From positions 2,677,586 through 2,741,585 of the forward strand of contig OY769902.1 in the NCBI GenBank assembly GCA_963669175.1: a stretch of DNA of 64,000 bases, written 5' to 3'. How positions within the stretch are numbered: the stretch's first letter is position 1; each line of letters opens with the position of its first letter. The translations under genes were made by a program, and so were the position numbers. Positions 61,042 to 64,000 of this stretch are shown here, piece after piece. Source of the stretch: a bacterium. Its GTDB lineage: Bacteria; Electryoneota; Electryoneia; Electryoneales; Electryoneaceae. Below the pieces are notes generated by a model that searched no databases, was not told where the DNA came from, and was given only the letters and a program-made list of their open reading frames with translations.

Positions 61042-61433
61042 CAGATTTTTAAGTCAGGTGTCTGCATTTTAATCCCGACAGGGATTTTCGAACACAGCAC
61101 TGGGTCGTGCCGTCTTTTTGGCGACTACCTTGGGGGATGAGTCACGCCACATATTTACTCCGGTAGGAGTAACCTGACTATTATTAAGGGTATAAAGCAC
61201 GAGTGTTTAGGCAACCCGCTGCCGGGGTTGTGTAACGGGAGGGCGTTCAATTCCCACCGTGAGCGCCAAACAGACGGCGCTGGACGGTGGGCTAAAACAG
61301 GGAACCACTACCGTGGTTCTCCGATTTCGGCAATTTCTGCCCTTGTGATGATGTTGCTGATACTCCCTCGCCAAACGATTCTGGCACTTTTCAGCTCACT
61401 TCAGATCGAAACATCCTTTCCAACCATCGAAGA

Positions 61434-61465
61434 CGAAAAAAGGGGACAACCGAAGTTGTCCCCCT
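61434..61465 (-). terminator. Rho-independent terminator of gltA (minus strand)
   Basis: Minus-strand reading: GGGGACAACttcgGTTGTCCCCTTTTTTTCG. Confidence 0.7.
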
Positions 61466-61488
61466 GGAAGAAGCTGTTACTTTGTGTC

Positions 61489-62793
61489 TTACTTGCCGAA
61501 GGTATCCTTGATATACTTGGAGCCAATGGATTTCGGACGGGTAATGGCTGTGCCGACGGCACGGTTCCAGATGAGCTGGGACAACATACCCATGGAACGG
61601 GACACGCTGAACAGCACCGTGTAATACTGGAACTCACGCAAGCCGTAGTGATACAGCAGCGCGCCGGAACCGGCATCCACGTTCGGCCAGAAGTTCGCGA
61701 TCGGGTTCTTGCCCTCGGCGACGCGTTCTGCGCTGAAGGCCTCGAGGACTTTCGGGACCACGGTGAAGACACGGTCGACAGTCATGAAGACCGGATCGTC
61801 AGCCATCATCTTCTTACCGAAGATGTTGAAGCCGGTGAAGCGCGGGTCAGTGACACGCAGTACGGCGTGACCGTAACCCGGGACTACCTTGCCGCCACGC
61901 AGGGTGTCGAACGCGAACTTTTCGATGTCTTCTTCTGTCGGGGTGCCGCCGAAGATGTCCATCAGTTCGAGAATCCAGTTCAGGCATTCCTGGTTGGCGA
62001 GGCCGTGCAACGGACCGGCAAGACCGTTCAGACCGGCAGATACGGAATAATAGGGATCGGACAGGGCCGAGCCTACGGTATGGCAAGTGTTGGCGCTTAC
62101 ATTGCCACCTTCATGGTCGCAGTGGAAGTGCAGGTACAGACGCATCAGTTCCGCAAAGCCACCATCGGGATCCTTGAGGCCCAGCATGTTGGCGTAGTTG
62201 GCGCCCCAGTCGAGACCCGGGGTCCAGGGAATGATGTCACCCTTCTTGTAGCGGATACGATAGACACCGGCTGCAATGGACGGCAACTTGGCCAGAATCT
62301 GGAGTGAATCTTCAAGGGTCGGCTTCCAATACTCGGTCTTGGCAGCGCCCTTGTTGTACCATTCCACAAATGCAGATTCTTTCTGCATGACGAGAATGGC
62401 GGTGTCAAGCATGGCCATCGGGTGGCTGTCTTCCGGCATGGCATACAGCACATCCCAGACATAACCCGGCACTTCGGCACGCTTGTCGTATTCCCGCATC
62501 AGGTCGAGCTTCGCTGCTTCATCCGGCTTTTCACCGGTCAGCAACAGGTAAAATGTTTCTTCAGGCCATAAATCCATAATGTCCAGCAGGGGATAGCCCT
62601 GAATAATCAATCCCTTGTCAGGTTCCACCAGGCTGGTTTCACAAATCATGCCTTTTACACCACGCATGCCGCCATAAGCTTGTGCTACGGTGCAATCAGA
62701 CAATTTTTCCGATCCATAGTTCTTGATCATGTCGGCACGATTCTGACGCCACTGGGGGATGAGCTCTTCTAACTTACTGTACAGCTTGGACAT
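61489..62793 (-). CDS. gltA: Citrate synthase
   Basis: 434 aa. Citrate synthase signature GYGHAVLRVTDPR, plus the conserved His/Asp active-site region. Confidence 0.95.
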   Translation of the reverse strand: MSKLYSKLEELIPQWRQNRADMIKNYGSEKLSDCTVAQAYGGMRGVKGMICETSLVEPDKGLIIQGYPLLDIMDLWPEETFYLLLTGEKPDEAAKLDLMREYDKRAEVPGYVWDVLYAMPEDSHPMAMLDTAILVMQKESAFVEWYNKGAAKTEYWKPTLEDSLQILAKLPSIAAGVYRIRYKKGDIIPWTPGLDWGANYANMLGLKDPDGGFAELMRLYLHFHCDHEGGNVSANTCHTVGSALSDPYYSVSAGLNGLAGPLHGLANQECLNWILELMDIFGGTPTEEDIEKFAFDTLRGGKVVPGYGHAVLRVTDPRFTGFNIFGKKMMADDPVFMTVDRVFTVVPKVLEAFSAERVAEGKNPIANFWPNVDAGSGALLYHYGLREFQYYTVLFSVSRSMGMLSQLIWNRAVGTAITRPKSIGSKYIKDTFGK

Positions 62794-63348
62794 GTTGTCC
62801 TCCCATGTTGTAAGGGATCCCGTTTTGGTATAAGACTACAACTACCCGTTTGCATCATATCGATAACCGCCAAAAAGACGGAGTATCGTGTATATCAAGT
62901 ATTACCGATTATGTTCAACCTGTGTGTGGAACAGCGGTCCTCCTGAAGTTATGCCGGTAGCCAGTGCACGGGACCGTACCGCCCGCGCGGAAAGCTGCTG
63001 TGTGGGATTACACAAGCGACTCGTAAAATATTTCACATACCAGTCAGAGTCAAGTTCACCCTCCTCGCTGAGAAAATCAAGGAAAAGTGTGCTACTGATT
63101 GATATTTTTGATGATAGGAATTTTACCAAATCGTGAATCTCATTTTTTTATTGAGAAAACAATCCCCGGGAGAAACGAGCCAGTTAGTGGATGTGAAAAA
63201 AAACATGCCTTTTCTATTCCTGTCGCAGCCTGTTTCATGGGAAAGAATAGCACGGCTATTTTGCTACAGCCCGCTTTACTGTGTACCTTATATTTTCTGG
63301 TTGTTCGAACGTATCCCTGATGAGCACACGTCTACAAGGAAGCATACC

Positions 63349-63957
63349 ATGTCCGCAGGATTACCCCCAGCAGTAGTTGAATTGCAGAATGAACTGTCAC
63401 GGTTGCCGTCAATCGGGAAAAAGTCGGCGCTGAGAATGGCTTTGCACCTGTTGAAGTCAGACAGAGAAGCAGCGGAACGTCTGGCACGCGCAATCATCGA
63501 CGTCAAAGATAAAGTGCAGGTCTGCTCAATCTGCGGGTTCCTGTCTGATCGTGATCCCTGCCCGATTTGCACCGATGTTAAACGGGACAGTTCCCTTGTC
63601 TGTGTTGTGGAAGCGCCGGGGGATATCATCGCGCTTGAGAAAGGGTCCATTTTCCATGGCAAATACCATGTCCTGGGGGGAGCGCTGGCCCCGCTGGATG
63701 GGGTCGGCCCGGATGACCTGCGTATCGAAGAATTGAAAGAACGTGTGGAGCAGGAAGGAATCACCGAAGCGATCATCGCCACCAATCCCACCCCGGAAGG
63801 TGAACAGACCGCGATGTACCTGGCACGTGAGCTTCGTCCGATGGGAGTGAAGGTGTCACGTATCGCGCGTGGTATCCCGGTTGGCAGTGATCTGGAAAAC
63901 GCTGATGACCTGACGCTGACTCGAGCCCTGGAGGGACGAATTCAATTTGATGATTGA
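63349..63957 (+). CDS. recR: Recombination protein RecR
   Basis: N-terminal HhH (...LSRLPSIGKKSALRMALHLL...), C4 zinc finger CSICGFLSDRDPCPIC, and a Toprim domain (...LVCVVEAPGDIIALEK...). Start moved to Met at 63349. Confidence 0.9.
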   Translation: MSAGLPPAVVELQNELSRLPSIGKKSALRMALHLLKSDREAAERLARAIIDVKDKVQVCSICGFLSDRDPCPICTDVKRDSSLVCVVEAPGDIIALEKGSIFHGKYHVLGGALAPLDGVGPDDLRIEELKERVEQEGITEAIIATNPTPEGEQTAMYLARELRPMGVKVSRIARGIPVGSDLENADDLTLTRALEGRIQFDD

Positions 63958-64000
63958 TGTGTGGTTCAAAGAGGGGAAAGAGTGGAGGCCTGTACGCTTT

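Noticed and set aside
61240-61275. Possible tRNA 3' half (GTTCAATTCC ... GCGCCA)
   Set aside because: The flanking 5-nt segments do not form a T-stem and no acceptor or anticodon arm can be built, so this is not a tRNA.

Overview
This is a 64 kb chromosomal window from a bacterium of the Fibrobacteres-Chlorobi-Bacteroidetes (FCB) superphylum, probably not a classical Bacteroidetes. Two large secreted proteins end in Por/T9SS C-terminal sorting domains, lipoproteins are common, and many genes have GGAGG-type ribosome-binding sites. GC is about 52-56 %. Most of the window is housekeeping: recG, valS, parAB, glnD, ligA, efp, accBC, gcvH, gcvPA, mutS, gyrA, rex, gltA, recR and mntP. Interspersed accessory content: (i) the window opens in a sulfur/polysulfide-type respiratory module, with an NrfC/PsrB-like FeS subunit, an NrfD/PsrC-like membrane subunit, two tandem paralogous lipoproteins and a CoA-disulfide-reductase/rhodanese fusion (Npsr-like). 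(ii) A low-GC islet carries an orphan PD-(D/E)xK-like nuclease. (iii) A small GIY-YIG nuclease gene is flanked by 33-bp terminal inverted repeats and a higher-order tandem repeat array of about 670 bp, next to a secreted SNase-like protein and a TetR plus B12-binding radical-SAM pair. (iv) An outer-membrane locus holds a BamA/TamA-like Omp85 followed by a 1189-aa Omp85-family protein whose periplasmic part is a Peptidase_MA_2-like HExxH domain plus TolB-like PD40 repeats, and then two tandem 580-aa repeat-lipoproteins. The intergenic DNA carries several sequence families: 8-9-bp A/G-rich tandem repeats at 3' gene ends, several hairpin or REP-like elements, and a recurrent 20-nt motif CCTGTTCATCYTGTGAATC. 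No rRNA, tRNA or CRISPR array was found. No sequence search or statistics could be run, so all calls rest on motifs read directly from the translations and nucleotide sequence.
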